A DNA stretch of 64,000 bases from assembly GCF_001447785.1 (NCBI RefSeq), contig NW_015166428.1, forward strand, positions 733,280 to 797,279, read 5' to 3'. Shown here piece after piece: positions 52,884 to 64,000 of the stretch. Source of the DNA: Gekko japonicus. Its lineage: Eukaryota. The notes under the pieces were generated by a model. That model was not told the DNA's origin. It ran no database searches and saw nothing but the letters and a program-made list of their open reading frames with translations. A program made the position numbers and the translations under genes. Every line of letters begins with the position of its first letter. Position 1 is the stretch's first letter.

Positions 52884-53240
52884 GGAGCTGCGGTGGCTCA
52901 AGTGGTTAAGACGCTGAACTGTAGGCTCTGGAAGGTCGGTAGTTCAGCAGTTCGAGACCCGAGTGTGCCGCATGACGGAGTGAGCTCCCGTCTCTGGTTC
53001 CAACTCCTGCCAACCTAGCAGTTCGAAAGCAAGAAATTGCAAGTAGATAAACAGGTACCACTTCGGTGGGAAGGTAACAGCGTTCCGTGCGCCTTGGTGT
53101 TTAGTCATGCCGGCCACATGACCACGGAAACGTCTTCGGACAACGCTGGCTCTTCAGCTTTGAAACGGAGATGAGCACCGCAACCCTAGAGTCGGACTCG
53201 ACTGGCTTTCGAGCAAGGGAACCTTTACCTTTACCTTTAA
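52884..53240 (+). mobile_element. Sauria SINE, full length, young
   Basis: 13-bp TSD aaataatattagt; (accttt)3 tail; CpGs retained. Confidence 0.9.
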
Positions 53241-53901
53241 AAATAATATTAGTATGAATAAACACCAGCTCTATTTTGAATGCTGTTGTAGTCTCCATAG
53301 CATCCTGGTAGTTAACTCACCCATTGGGAATGCATTTTCTATTATGCTGGATGAAACTATTCACACATGCTAAAATAATGCAGTTTCAATCCACTTCAGT
53401 GTCTATTTGAAAGGGGATTCTGCCACTTCACACAGTAAAATCCAGTTGCAAAGTGGATTGAAAGTGCGTTATTTAGTGTGCGTGAAAGTGCCTATAGCTT
53501 CGTCATTCATATTTATCTGCTATTCTGCATCAGTCACTTGCTATGACTTTAAAAATGCCTTGAGAAAACAAATATTTAACTATTGTGGGAATTCCAGATA
53601 ACAGTCTCTATTAGTCTTACAATTATAGGAACCCAAGCCAACATTAACATGTTTGTTTTTTGAAAAAATAAAGTTCCTAGAATTTATCCACGTTAAGGAC
53701 AAACAATAAGGAATTAGTACTCAGGGCAGAGCTATGCAAAATCCAGGACTGGTTCCAATTTCAAAGACTCCCTTTGTATTTTACGGGACAGGCACCACCC
53801 CCACCCCTGGAACAGACTCTGCTGTTGTGCTTTGACAACAGCCGCACCAGCAACGGAAAATGTGCAAACCCATCCTCGTGAAAAACCACCTCTCTCTCCA
53901 C

Positions 53902-54110
53902 TAGGGCTGCCACCCTGCCAGGCAGGGGTTGGGAAATACCTGGAGATTTTGGGGGTGGAGCCTGAGGAGGGCGGGGTTTGAAGAGGGGAGGGACTTCAAC
54001 GGGGTATAATGCCATAGAGTCCACCTTTCAGAGCAACCATTTTCTCCAGGTGAATTTATTCCTGTTGACTGGAGAGCAGTTGTAATAGCACCTGGAGGTT
54101 GGCAATGCTA
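53902..54110. mobile_element. hAT MITE, TAGGGTTGCCA family (older copy); another at about 55678-55890
   Basis: Family similarity; degenerate TIRs. Confidence 0.75.
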
Positions 54111-54910
54111 TTTCCCACCCGAATCTCATCCATTATATTGCTGGGCATTTTGATTTATGCTCTTTCTCTCTCTCTCTGTAGCAAGGCCTTGTTAACTTAT
54201 TGACAGGTGTTTCAAAATGAATACAGTACTTTCACCAACAGATGGAAAACTAAATTTTAATGCACGTATAGTAGACCAAAGCATCCGTGCCCCTTTCCAG
54301 CTAAGGAGAGCCATCTTAGCAAACTTCCACGCAAGGATCTAGGCCAGGAATGTGTTGCCAGTTCAGTGAGCATCCAAATGTGGATAGGAACATTAATCCA
54401 AATGTAAATGTAGTCATATTTGTTTCAGGGGATACATCACAATCAACTTTATAATGTATAACAAGATACGTATTGACAGCTTAAAGGAAGGACGAGAGCT
54501 GGATTAGCTCAGTTAGTATAAACATATGAAAATGGGGTATTTTCATGTTGGAGGGATTTGGGAATTCTCCCTTTGCTAAATGAATGTAATTTGGGCTATG
54601 CAGTGCTGACTGTGATGTCTGATTATATTTACTAGTCAGAAATAACTGCCAGTTCATTTCAGTGACTCATTGGGAGAAAGCAGGTGTGGTTTTACTCTGA
54701 TGGATTCAAAGCAGGAATCCATTGCTTACAGTAAGAGGATAGCACCAAAGCAAAAGTGAATGATCACAAAACTACACAGCTGGAGAGGGTTTGGTAAACA
54801 TTTCCTGGGTGGTGGGATGCAAATATCCCTCTTTCTTCTGCAAATTCTCAGCTGAAATTAGGTAGCTGAAGGGGGGAAATGTAAGCGTGTAGTTAAATAG
54901 TCCTTTAGTG

Positions 54911-55318
54911 CAGGGGTGACAAACATGTGGCCCGGGGGGGGGTAGATCAGGCCCGCAGTGGAACCGGCTGTATTCTGCTTCTTCTTACAGTTCTGCTGTG
55001 TCATTGTAGGTTTTCAGCTTACAGATACACACCTGAACAGCATACTCAAGATTGCAACAGCACAGACATTTTGATGTAATAATTCAGAGCAAGAGGTGTC
55101 AGTTATCAGACACTGTTAAATAAACAAAATGTTGCAAGAGTGCTAATGTTTTAAGCATGTTTTTATTTTAAGGGGGGAAAATCCTTTGTGTTTGTGTCCT
55201 TTATAAAGTTTATAGCTTCGCTACTTGGCATTCCATTTTATGACACACATGGTCCAGCTCAACAAGGTCTCATTTATGTCAGATCCAGCCCTCATAACAA
55301 ATGAGTTCCACACCCATG
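54911..55318. mobile_element. hAT-Charlie-like MITE
   Basis: caggggtgacaaac terminus; 3' end shared with 58405-58958. Confidence 0.7.
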
Positions 55319-57781
55319 GAAGGTGATTCTCACACCAGTAGCGTTTGAAAAGTTGTGTATGAGAGTCACACAGAGAATCACACAGCACATTCAGTTGGAG
55401 ACTTGACAGCATGAGACAGTCAAGACATTAAGGCTGCAGTCCTGTGCACACTTGCTGGGACTTCCTTCCAAGTAAACCTGATGCTGAGAGCTTGCTGCCT
55501 CCTAAATGCACCTTAACGCAGCCAGACTGCTGGTGGGAAATCATCTGGTTCAAATACTAGCAAAAGTAATTTAAGAAACAATTCAGAACAATGACTGTAA
55601 AGAGCAACTATTAATAATTATACACAATCTCTTTCCTAAAAATAACTAAAGACCTAAATCAGAATATTACATAACAGTAAGGTTGCCATTCTAGGTTGGG
55701 AAATATCTGAAGATTTTGGGGGTGGAGCCTGAGGAGAGTGGGGTTTGGGGAGGGAAAGGACAACATCAGTGGGGAATAATACCATAGAGTCCACCTTCCA
55801 GCGCAGCCATTTTCTCCGGTTGATCTCTGTTGCCTGGAGTTCAGTTGTAATTCCAGATCTCCAGCCACCACCTGGAGGTTGGCAACTCTGGGGATTCCTT
55901 ATCTTCCCTAGATGGGTAGGGATGGATAGGGGCTAACTAGGAGTCTACTAATCTCAGGAAGAAGACTAGGCTAGATTAGGCCCCACTGGTGGACCTCCTG
56001 TTGGCACCTGGTATTTTTGGCCACTGTGTGACAGAGTGTTCGACTGGATGGGCCCTTGGCCTGATCCAACACTGGCTTCTCATATGTTCTTATGTTCTTA
56101 GAGCTCGAGTCCCTGACATGCTATCTTTTCATGGAAGGAGACTATTCAATCACACTTCCTCCGCTTGCATTCTGAAGTAGTCCCCGTCCCAGGAGGTCTG
56201 TAACCCGAACTTTTTCTAGACTTTATGGACAGCCCCTTAATTTCCCAAAGGACGGCATCTGAAGTGAATTGAGAGTGGGGGAAACAAAGACAATGAAAAT
56301 GTTTTTTTCCCCCTAAAAAGAAGGAAAGGAAGACTGATGACAGTGTCCAATTACAATGGGAGTACTGAGCTTGTATTTTTGGGGTTTCTTTTTTACTGCT
56401 TTGAAAAAATTGCCTGGAAGAGAATACGAGCTGTAAAATATGTGGAAATGACAGCGAAGATGGGTGGAAACAGTTTGCGGCGCAGCTGCAGGTATGCTGC
56501 TCAGCAGCAAGTGTGTTGGTGGATTTCAGCTCTGAATTTATTAGTCTGCCAGTGTGTTGCTTCCAGAAAGCCTCTGCCAATGAGTGAGGTGACATATTTT
56601 GCCATTTCTCTCTTGTGAAGTACTTGGGATTGCCAGAACAATAAACATCCAGATGATTCTTCTGTGAACAGAGGCAAATCTTGCTTAATTTAAGGGGGTT
56701 AGAATAGTGACTGGGACTGCTTGGGTGCTGTCAAGTAAGATTCTTTCTTTGGGTTAGGGTTAAATGTCACTTCCTCTAAATTCAACAATTAATTTTTTTT
56801 AAAAAAACAACACTATAGCGTTTCCAGTATTCAAAGAAATCCTCACAACAGCTCTGTAAAGTAGGTCAGTGCTATGAAATCTGAACCAATTACTACCCAA
56901 ACTGCAAATAATCCTGTATTGCACGCCTTTTGATTTTTGGCTGTTAGGGGGGGAAAAGATTAAAAAAAAAAAAGCTCAGACTCACTGAAAATAATTCCTC
57001 TACAAAGACCAAAGCAATCATTTCCATCCAAACAGAAAATAATAGTATCTAGAGAATTGGCTGTCCCCGTACCAATGCATAAACAAGTGGTGGTTGCCGC
57101 CCATGTCAACAATTGACGTGCAGTTTTATTGCTGCGATTTGCACATGGTCTGGAGCGGTGCTGGCACCAGGTCGAATGTGGGGGGGCATAGTCACTGAAT
57201 GTCAACTCTATCCCTACTTCTGCTTTATATGTATGAACTGGTAAGTTCTATTTCACTGTGTGTAATGAAGTGTGTGTGCACACAAAAGCTCATACCTTGA
57301 ATAAAACTTTGTTGGTCTTAAAGGTGCCGCTGGACTCAAACTTTGTTCTACTGCTTCAGAAAAACACAGCTGGTTCTATCTATCCCTAGTTAAATTTCAA
57401 GAGTGTAGCTGTGTTGGGCTGAAGCAACAGAACAAAGTTGGAGTCCAGCGGCACCTTTAAGACCAGCAATATTTAATTCTGGGTATAAGCTTTTGTGTGC
57501 ATGCACCCTTCTTCAGATACATTGAAACAGACTTAGACAACCATTACATATAGGTAACACCACACATGCTAAGTCACTCATCGCATCTGTTTGTTAACTC
57601 TTTTATTATCTGTATGCTAATTTGCTACTATTCACAGGTTTTACCAACTATACTTATTGGTCAGTTACTTGTGCATCTTGACTCCATTTATTTATTTATT
57701 CAACTTGATATACCGCCCTAACCCCCGTAGGGGTCTCTGGGCGGTTTACATGAAGGGTGCTAGTCACAACTTTAACCCTAA

Positions 57782-58296
57782 GGCCACATTTTTCCACGGG
57801 GAATGGGACAGCCTACCGGCACCCCAGGTAGAGATAGATGTTTCTTTATTCCGGTCTGGCTGGCTTCCTTCCCGGCGGTATCGAGCTGTTGTTCTTCTGG
57901 CGCATTTTTGCGATCCGGTGCGCCGGCGGCGTCCTCCTCAGGTCCCGGCTATTTCCCTTTGGCTCCGCCGCGCCCTCGGGTGACGTCACGCGCCGTTGCT
58001 CCCCGGCACGATCAGATGCCAGGGAGGAAGAGACGAGTGGGAGGGGGAGGCTGCCGAACTGCGCATGCTCGAGCATGCGCAGTACGGCAGGGGGCAGGGG
58101 ATGCGCTGGCGAAAAGTCGCGCCGGCGATCCCACGGCATTTGCCGCGCCCATTCAATTGATGTGCGTTTCGGGCGGTTGGGACGGATCGGGGACGGCCAC
58201 GGCACGATTGCCAGATGTTGCTGTGTGATCGTGCCCGTTTGATGCGGCCCCGATCCGTCCCTCTCTCAGCCCAAAACGCCTTGTGTGAACAGGGCC
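57782..58296. mobile_element. CpG-rich Harbinger-like non-autonomous element
   Basis: ta|aggccacatttttccac .. gtgtgaacagggccc|ta imperfect termini; sharp GC boundary; central 26-bp palindrome. Confidence 0.55.
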
Positions 58297-58404
58297 CTAG
58301 TTAAATTTCAAGAGCATAGCTGTGTTAGTTTGCTGTGGCCAAAATAACAAAGAGTCTTATGATGAAAGTGTATGCACCATGGTAAATTTGTGAAGTCTTT
58401 AGGG

Positions 58405-58958
58405 CAGGGGTGTCAAACATAAGGTCCATGGGCCAGAACTGGCCCATCCAGGGCTCTTAGATGGCCCACCAACAACTGGTGTAAGGGAGGGAACAGGCAG
58501 CTTCTCGGGGTGGTGGTGGTAGACAACCTCATCCTCAGCGGTCAAACCGAACCCCTTCACTTTAGGGACAGCCTCACTGGTAAGTTGGGAGCCACTGCAG
58601 CCACATTCAAGCCTCTCCACTTGACCTGCATCTCCAGGGATGCTGTCCTGAATGGCCATAGGGATCAACGTTTGCACGTGTGTGTGTGTGCAGACAATCC
58701 TCTGTTGGGGCCTTCTGACAGCCATCTCTGCTGCCATATACACACCCCCGCCCCCACATGTGGCAGCTGTGCTTTGGCCCACGAGGGGGCATTCTTTGGC
58801 AGTTTCTTCCACACATCAGGGGCCTAGTCCTGCCACGGAGCATGTGACTCGGCAGACGGGCCTCCCTCTCCCATGGACCACCCAGTACATGGCTCGGCCC
58901 GACAAAGTGAAATTTATGTCAGATCTGGCCCTCATAACAGATGAGTTCAACACCTCTG
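58405..58958. mobile_element. hAT-Charlie-like element
   Basis: TIR caggggtgtcaaac / gttcaacacctctg; perfect TSD ctttaggg. Confidence 0.85.
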
Positions 58959-59171
58959 CTTTAGGGTGTCACAAAACTCTTTTGACATCTTCATTAGTTT
59001 CTATGTTGCATGTGAAGCAACACTTGCAGACTGTGAGCCAAGTATAACCACAGCAGCGAAATCCACCATGAAGAGAGTTTTTGCAGCAGTGAACATGCTA
59101 CAAAGAAGGACGGTCATGCAATTTCTGTTTAGTAGAAACCAAATGCAAAGTGAGGCCTGGGGCTCAGACTT

Positions 59172-59643
59172 CAGGGTTGCCAACTCTGGCTTGGGAAATG
59201 CCAAGAGATTTAGGGGTGAAGCCTGGGGATGTAGGGTTGCCAACTCTTGAGTTTGGAAATACCTGGAGATTTGAGGGTGGAGCCTGGGAGAGTGAGATTT
59301 AGGGAGGGGAGGGACCTTGGTAGAGTCTAATGACATTCAGTCCATCTTCCAAAGTAGGCATTTTCTCCAGGAGAAATGGAATACATGTTTCAATTAAATA
59401 AATAACTAAATAAATAAAATAAGTGATTTATGTAGTCTGGAGACCAGTTGTAATGCTGGGAGATCTCCATCCCTTACCTGGAGGTTGGTAATCCAGTTGG
59501 GGAGGGTGGAGTTTGGGGATATGATTCCTTAAAAACTGCACTCTGAAGCTGCCATTTCCTCCATGGGATGTGGTCTCTTTAATCTAGGGATCCCTTAGAA
59601 TTGCAGGAGAACTCCAGGCCCCACCAGGAGGATGGCAACCCTA
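59172..59643. mobile_element. Two nested TAGGGTTGCCA-family MITEs
   Basis: Inner copy 59232 to about 59497 flanked by tggggatg / tggggagg. Confidence 0.72.
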
Positions 59644-59897
59644 ACAGAAGAGCATCCTTCAACAGCTGAGGGGCTAGCCAAAGAGCATTTCCCTGCCATT
59701 TCTCAGCCCAGCCTCCTGCACGGGATTTTCAGGAGGATCAAACAAAGGGGGCAAGTGGCAGAAATCCCATCTGCAGCTGCTTTCCCCTCTTTCAAAGAAG
59801 CGTGGCATAACTATTATTTGTAGCTAATAAATGTAGCCCTGACAAAGAGACAGCAGTATGTGTGTGGGTATGCAACAAGGTTATGGTAGATGAAGGA

Positions 59898-60922
59898 TGG
59901 ATAGCCGTGTTAGCCTGTCTGTTGCAGTGGAAAAGAGTAAGAGTCCAGGAGCAGGGAGGAGCTTCCGTGAATCACTGCTCCCTTTTTCAGATCTGAAAAG
60001 AGCAAGAGTCCAGGAGCACCTTCAAGACTAACTAAATCTGTGGCAGAGTAGGGAGCTTCTGTAAGTCACGGCTCACTTCATAGAATCACGGAGTTGGAAG
60101 GGGCCATACAGACCATCTAGTCAAATTCCCTGCCCAATGCAGGACCAGCCTAAATCATCTCTGACAAATATTTGTCCAGTCTCTTCTTGAAAGCTGTCAG
60201 TGAACGGGAGCTAACCACCTCCCTAGGCAGCTGATTCCACCTTTGAACTACTCTGACCGTGAAAAAGTTTTTCCTAATGTCCAGGTGATACCTTTCTGCA
60301 TGTAATTTAAACCTGTTGCTTTGGGTCCTATCCTCTGCAGCCAACTGGAACAGCTCCTTGCCCTCCTCCAAATGACAGCCTTTCAAATATTTAAAGAGAC
60401 CAATCATGTACCTCCTCAAACTAAACATTCCCAAGGCCCCCTTAGCCTTTCCTCGTAGGGCTCAGTCTCCAGACCCCTGATCATCCTTGTTGCTCTCTTC
60501 TGCACCCTCTCGATTTTGTCCACATCCTTTTTGAAGGATTCTTCAGATCTGCAAAGAGCAAGAGTCCCCGAGCGCCTTAAAAGCCTAACCAAATCCGTGA
60601 CAGGGTAGGAGCTTCCATGAGTCACTGGTCACTTCTTCAGATCTGCAAAGAGCAAGAGTCCCCGAGCGCCTTAAAAGCCTAACCAAATTCGTGACAGGGT
60701 AGGAGCTTCCATGAGTCACTGGTCACTTCTTCAGATCTGCAAAGAGCAAGGGTCTGGTAGCACCTTAAAGACTAACCAAATTCGTGGCAGGGTAGGAGCT
60801 TCTGTGAGTCACTGGTCACTTCAGACGGAAGTGAGCAGTAACTCAGGAAAACTCCTACCCTGCCACAGATTTTATAAGTCTTTAAGGGGCTACCGGACTC
60901 TTGCTCTTTTCCACTGCAACAG
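59898..60922. repeat. Tandem array of about 94-bp Penelope-like units with a terminal inverted unit, interrupted by CR1
   Basis: ttcttcagatctgcaaagagcaag at 60539, 60633 and 60727; related units at 59898-60079; inverted unit at about 60828-60922. Confidence 0.82.
60080..60538 (-). mobile_element. CR1 LINE 3' fragment
   Basis: FKKDVDKIERVQKRATRMIRGLE..YEERL / GMFSL..FKYLKGCH..IRKNFFTVRVVQRWNQLP; attctat tail. Confidence 0.92.
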
Positions 60923-60949
60923 AGCTCTGTTATATCTCCAAGGCTGCCA

Positions 60950-61870
60950 TTTCCATCGTGTTGTTCATCCGCGCCCCTTACAAGCATGGCGTATTAATCC
61001 GATGGACTGGCTTCACCGGCCGGGAGCCTTCCGGCCCCTTCCCTTCTCCACCTCCCAGGGACCGGCGAGGGAAACAAACACCGGCGCTCAACAGGCCCAG
61101 GCCTCGAGACAACTCGTCGCCATGGCAACGGGAGCCGTTTCCTCCGCGACGGCCGGGGGAAACCCCGTTCCCCGCCGCCACTTCTCGCGAGAGTCTGACG
61201 GGAGGCCGGCGCGGAGCACAGAGGCCGAGGCGCTGGCGGAGGGCCCTTTTCAAAACCCGGCGAGAGGAAATGGCGGAGAACGACAAGTTCGAGGCCGCGG
61301 CGCCGTTGGGGGAAGGCGAGGAGGCCGCGGCGGCGGGGGCCTCGGCGGGCGCCACCGACAACAACCACGAGCAGCCGCCGTCGCAGGAGGAGAGGCGGGC
61401 GGCGGAGCAGCAGCAGCAGCGGCGACGGCGGCCATGCCGGAGAGCGGTGACGGCAGCGCCAATGGCGTCAAAATGTGTGTGCGCGAAGGGGGCGTGGGTG
61501 GGCAGGCAGGGCCCGGTACCCGAGCGCCGGGATGCGGGGGGCTGCGCAGGCCGCGGGCTGGGCGGAGTGTGGAGAAGAAGGAGCGTCCATTCGCCGGGCG
61601 CGGGGATCTCTCTCTCCCCCCCTGTCAAAACTCCACACAGGGAGGCTGGTGAGGATCGCTCTGAAGAGACCAGCCGGTTTACTGGCGGTCATCATTACGG
61701 GCAAGGTTAACCGTTGAAATGATAAGCATTATCGTCGTTAGTAGTCAGAGGGGACAATAGAGAGAGCCTTCTTGTGGCGCACCGCTTCAGTCGATTATCG
61801 CCCGGTTACTGTCGCTGATAATGATGCGTTGCTACTGTTGATGGCCGTGCTTACCGTCGTGAGCGGTAAA
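60950..61870 (+). promoter_or_regulatory. MYEF2: MYEF2 CpG-island promoter with RFX X-box-like GTCGCCATGGCAAC (61116-61129) and TCTCGCGAGA BANP/ZBTB33 motif (61183-61192)
   Basis: High CpG density; motifs read directly. Confidence 0.8.
61270..61474 (+). CDS. MYEF2: Myelin expression factor 2 exon 1 (apparent 1-nt frameshift in this sequence)
   Basis: Starts MAENDK (human MADANK) and ends ..GSANGVK(M) AAAAT|gtgtgt (human SSNGVKM), but the two motifs are in different frames; synteny supports the call. Confidence 0.82.
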
Positions 61871-62061
61871 TGTTAATTCTAGGGTGTGCTTCAATGGAGC
61901 CCCGTGAAAATTGATGCTAGAATATATAAAAAAGGTGTTAGACCGACAGGTGCTGCAAGACTTTCAAGGGAGTATTAGAGAACTGACAACCACAGGTATG
62001 CTGCCATGGCTCCTGAACTTGAAGAATTAAACAAGAGCCAGCATGCTGGAGTGGTTAGAGT

Positions 62062-62628
62062 AAAAAATTTTTTTGATAATAAGTATTGATGTTTTGGCTC
62101 TTATTTGTTTCAGAGTCTCCTCACATCAACATAAATGTCTCAACAGTTATTTGATTTAAAGTCTCCTTATGTTAATAACCATGTAGACGACCCTCAGTTC
62201 CATAAGTGGCATAATATGCATCACAATACGGTTCAAACTACAGAAAAAATTCACAATCGTATTGAACTATAGCAGCAGTCCCACACAACAAATACTATAT
62301 TTGCCGTGTGGGACTGCTGCTATTACTTATTTATTTATTTTATGTATTAATTTCATTTTATATTCTGTCCTCTCTGTGAACGGGCTCAGAATGGATACCA
62401 AAAAAGTAAAAACATTTCACAGTAAGAATTAAAACACTTCATAAATATTATGAACACTTCATTAAAACATAATGCTGATGTGAAGAGATTTTCAAACAAG
62501 AGCCAAAACATCAATAATTATTATCAAAAATTATTTTATTCAGTTGATGATTGTAAAGAGAGGAGCCTATTTCACGACATTTGTTGTTTACCTTTGGTAT
62601 ATTGTCCTGTGAGCCTTATTGTTGATTA
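62062..62628. mobile_element. AT-rich insertion with inverted repeats inside a tRNA SINE (about 62036-62980)
   Basis: 14-bp TSD ggagtggtta(g/a)agt; arms at about 62062-62138 and 62467-62535. Confidence 0.6.
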
Positions 62629-64000
62629 GGAGTGGTTAAAGTGTCAGACTGGGGTCTAGATTAAGATGGTTGGCTGTGTTAATTTGTCTGTAGCAGTAGA
62701 AAAGAGCAAGAGTCCAAGAGCACCTTAAAGTCTAACAAAATATGTGGCAAAATATGTAGTTTTCACGAGTCACTGCTCACTTCTTCAGATACTAGGTCTG
62801 AGAGACACATGTGTTTGAATTCCGCTGCTGTGAAAGCTGGCTTCAGTGACCTTGGGCCAGACATACACAATCAGCCTAATCTACCTGACAGGGTTGTTGT
62901 TGTGAAAATAAAATGGAGGAGGGAAGAACAGTGATGTAAGTCTGTTTATGTCTATATTGGGGAGAAAACCAGGGAATAAAGCTTTTTAGAACAAGGATTA
63001 GGGGATTTGCTACCGTGGGATATTTTGAAGGCTCCCATATTCATAGAGTGGCCTAGTGGGATTGCTGTAGTAGTCTGTTACAGCAAATGCTCCTGTCGAA
63101 AACCAAAAGCCCCATTTGTTTATCATTATTGTTATTTCAGTTGTAATTAATACATTTCTAGTGTAAGCTTTCGTGGACTAGAGCCCTCCTAATTTCTAGG
63201 CTATGAAAGGGTTTTCCAAAATAAAAATGTGTTGATGTTTCAAGTGCTGTGGGGTCAGAAAGTCATGTACCACGTGTAGCAATCCTGTATGTGGACGTAT
63301 CTCCAGGCCGCTATGCTCGTTAATTCCTCTGTCTCAGTTTGTTTTACTGTAAACTGTAACCACCTTCAGTCTTATTTTGGTGCCATTTCTACTGAAATTC
63401 TTTCATCACCGGGTTTTTTTGAGAATCAGATGGAGAAGGGGAGAATCTTGTAAACTGCTTTGGGTTTCCATTGGAGAGAAAAGTGGAGTATAAGGAAGTA
63501 AAATAAAGCACAAGCAGGTTCCTGTAGAAAGGCCCTAATATTCTTAGGGGTGTTTTGGCATTTATTTATTATATTTGCATCCTGCCCTTCCTCCAATGAG
63601 TTTGAGATGGTGCATGCAGTTCTCCCAGTTTTATCCTGCAAACATTCCTGTGAAATGTTAGGCTGAGAGACAGTGTGAGTGTTGACTTTGATACTAGCAG
63701 CATTTGAACCTGGGTCTCCTTAGGCCTTGTCCAGAACTCTAAGCAGGCTACCACCCTTGCTCGCCATGTGGCCTTTATTGCTGGATTATTAAAACTAAAT
63801 AGAATGTTGATGGCTTGTGTTGATGATTAAGAATGGAGTTTGATGTGTTATAATCTGTTAAAATCACTAAGGTTTTATTTGCTTTCTGTTTCCTGTGGTT
63901 TTACCAAATTTTGTGATGGCCAGTGGCTATATACAGTATACTACTACTACTTCTAGTATGTAAATCACCCAAGGAGTTTGGCTCAGACAGAAATCCCTTT

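Noticed and set aside
60539-60825. CRISPR-like array
   Set aside because: Eukaryotic DNA; whole units repeat with no unique spacers.
60978-61628. Antisense ORFs over MYEF2 exon 1
   Set aside because: Expected in GC-rich CpG islands; no independent support.

Overview
Vertebrate (non-mammalian) genomic DNA; the repeat content (Sauria SINE, Squam3-like SINEs, BovB, CR1, L2, Penelope-like termini, many hAT/Harbinger-like MITEs) points to a squamate, probably a gecko (inference). It is the conserved MYEF2-CTXN2-SLC12A1 block. SLC12A1/NKCC2 lies on the minus strand: coding exons 2-14 from 31425 down to 2678, including two 96-nt mutually exclusive cassettes (A and F types); the gene continues off the left edge. 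CTXN2 is a single coding exon on the minus strand (43372-43617) with a CpG island at about 48.4-49.5 kb. MYEF2 exon 1 is on the plus strand at about 61.27 kb in a CpG island. Items worth a second look: minimal type-I hammerhead-ribozyme motifs (mostly decayed) in Penelope-like relics, including an inverted pair in SLC12A1 intron 14 and a 94-bp tandem array beside the MYEF2 promoter; no intact NKCC2-B cassette but a possible decayed third cassette upstream of A; a GC-AG intron; an apparent frameshift in MYEF2 exon 1; a 5S-rRNA-headed SINE; and several nested insertions. All family and gene assignments are from recall and by-eye alignment, with no database search. Three assembly gaps limit interpretation.
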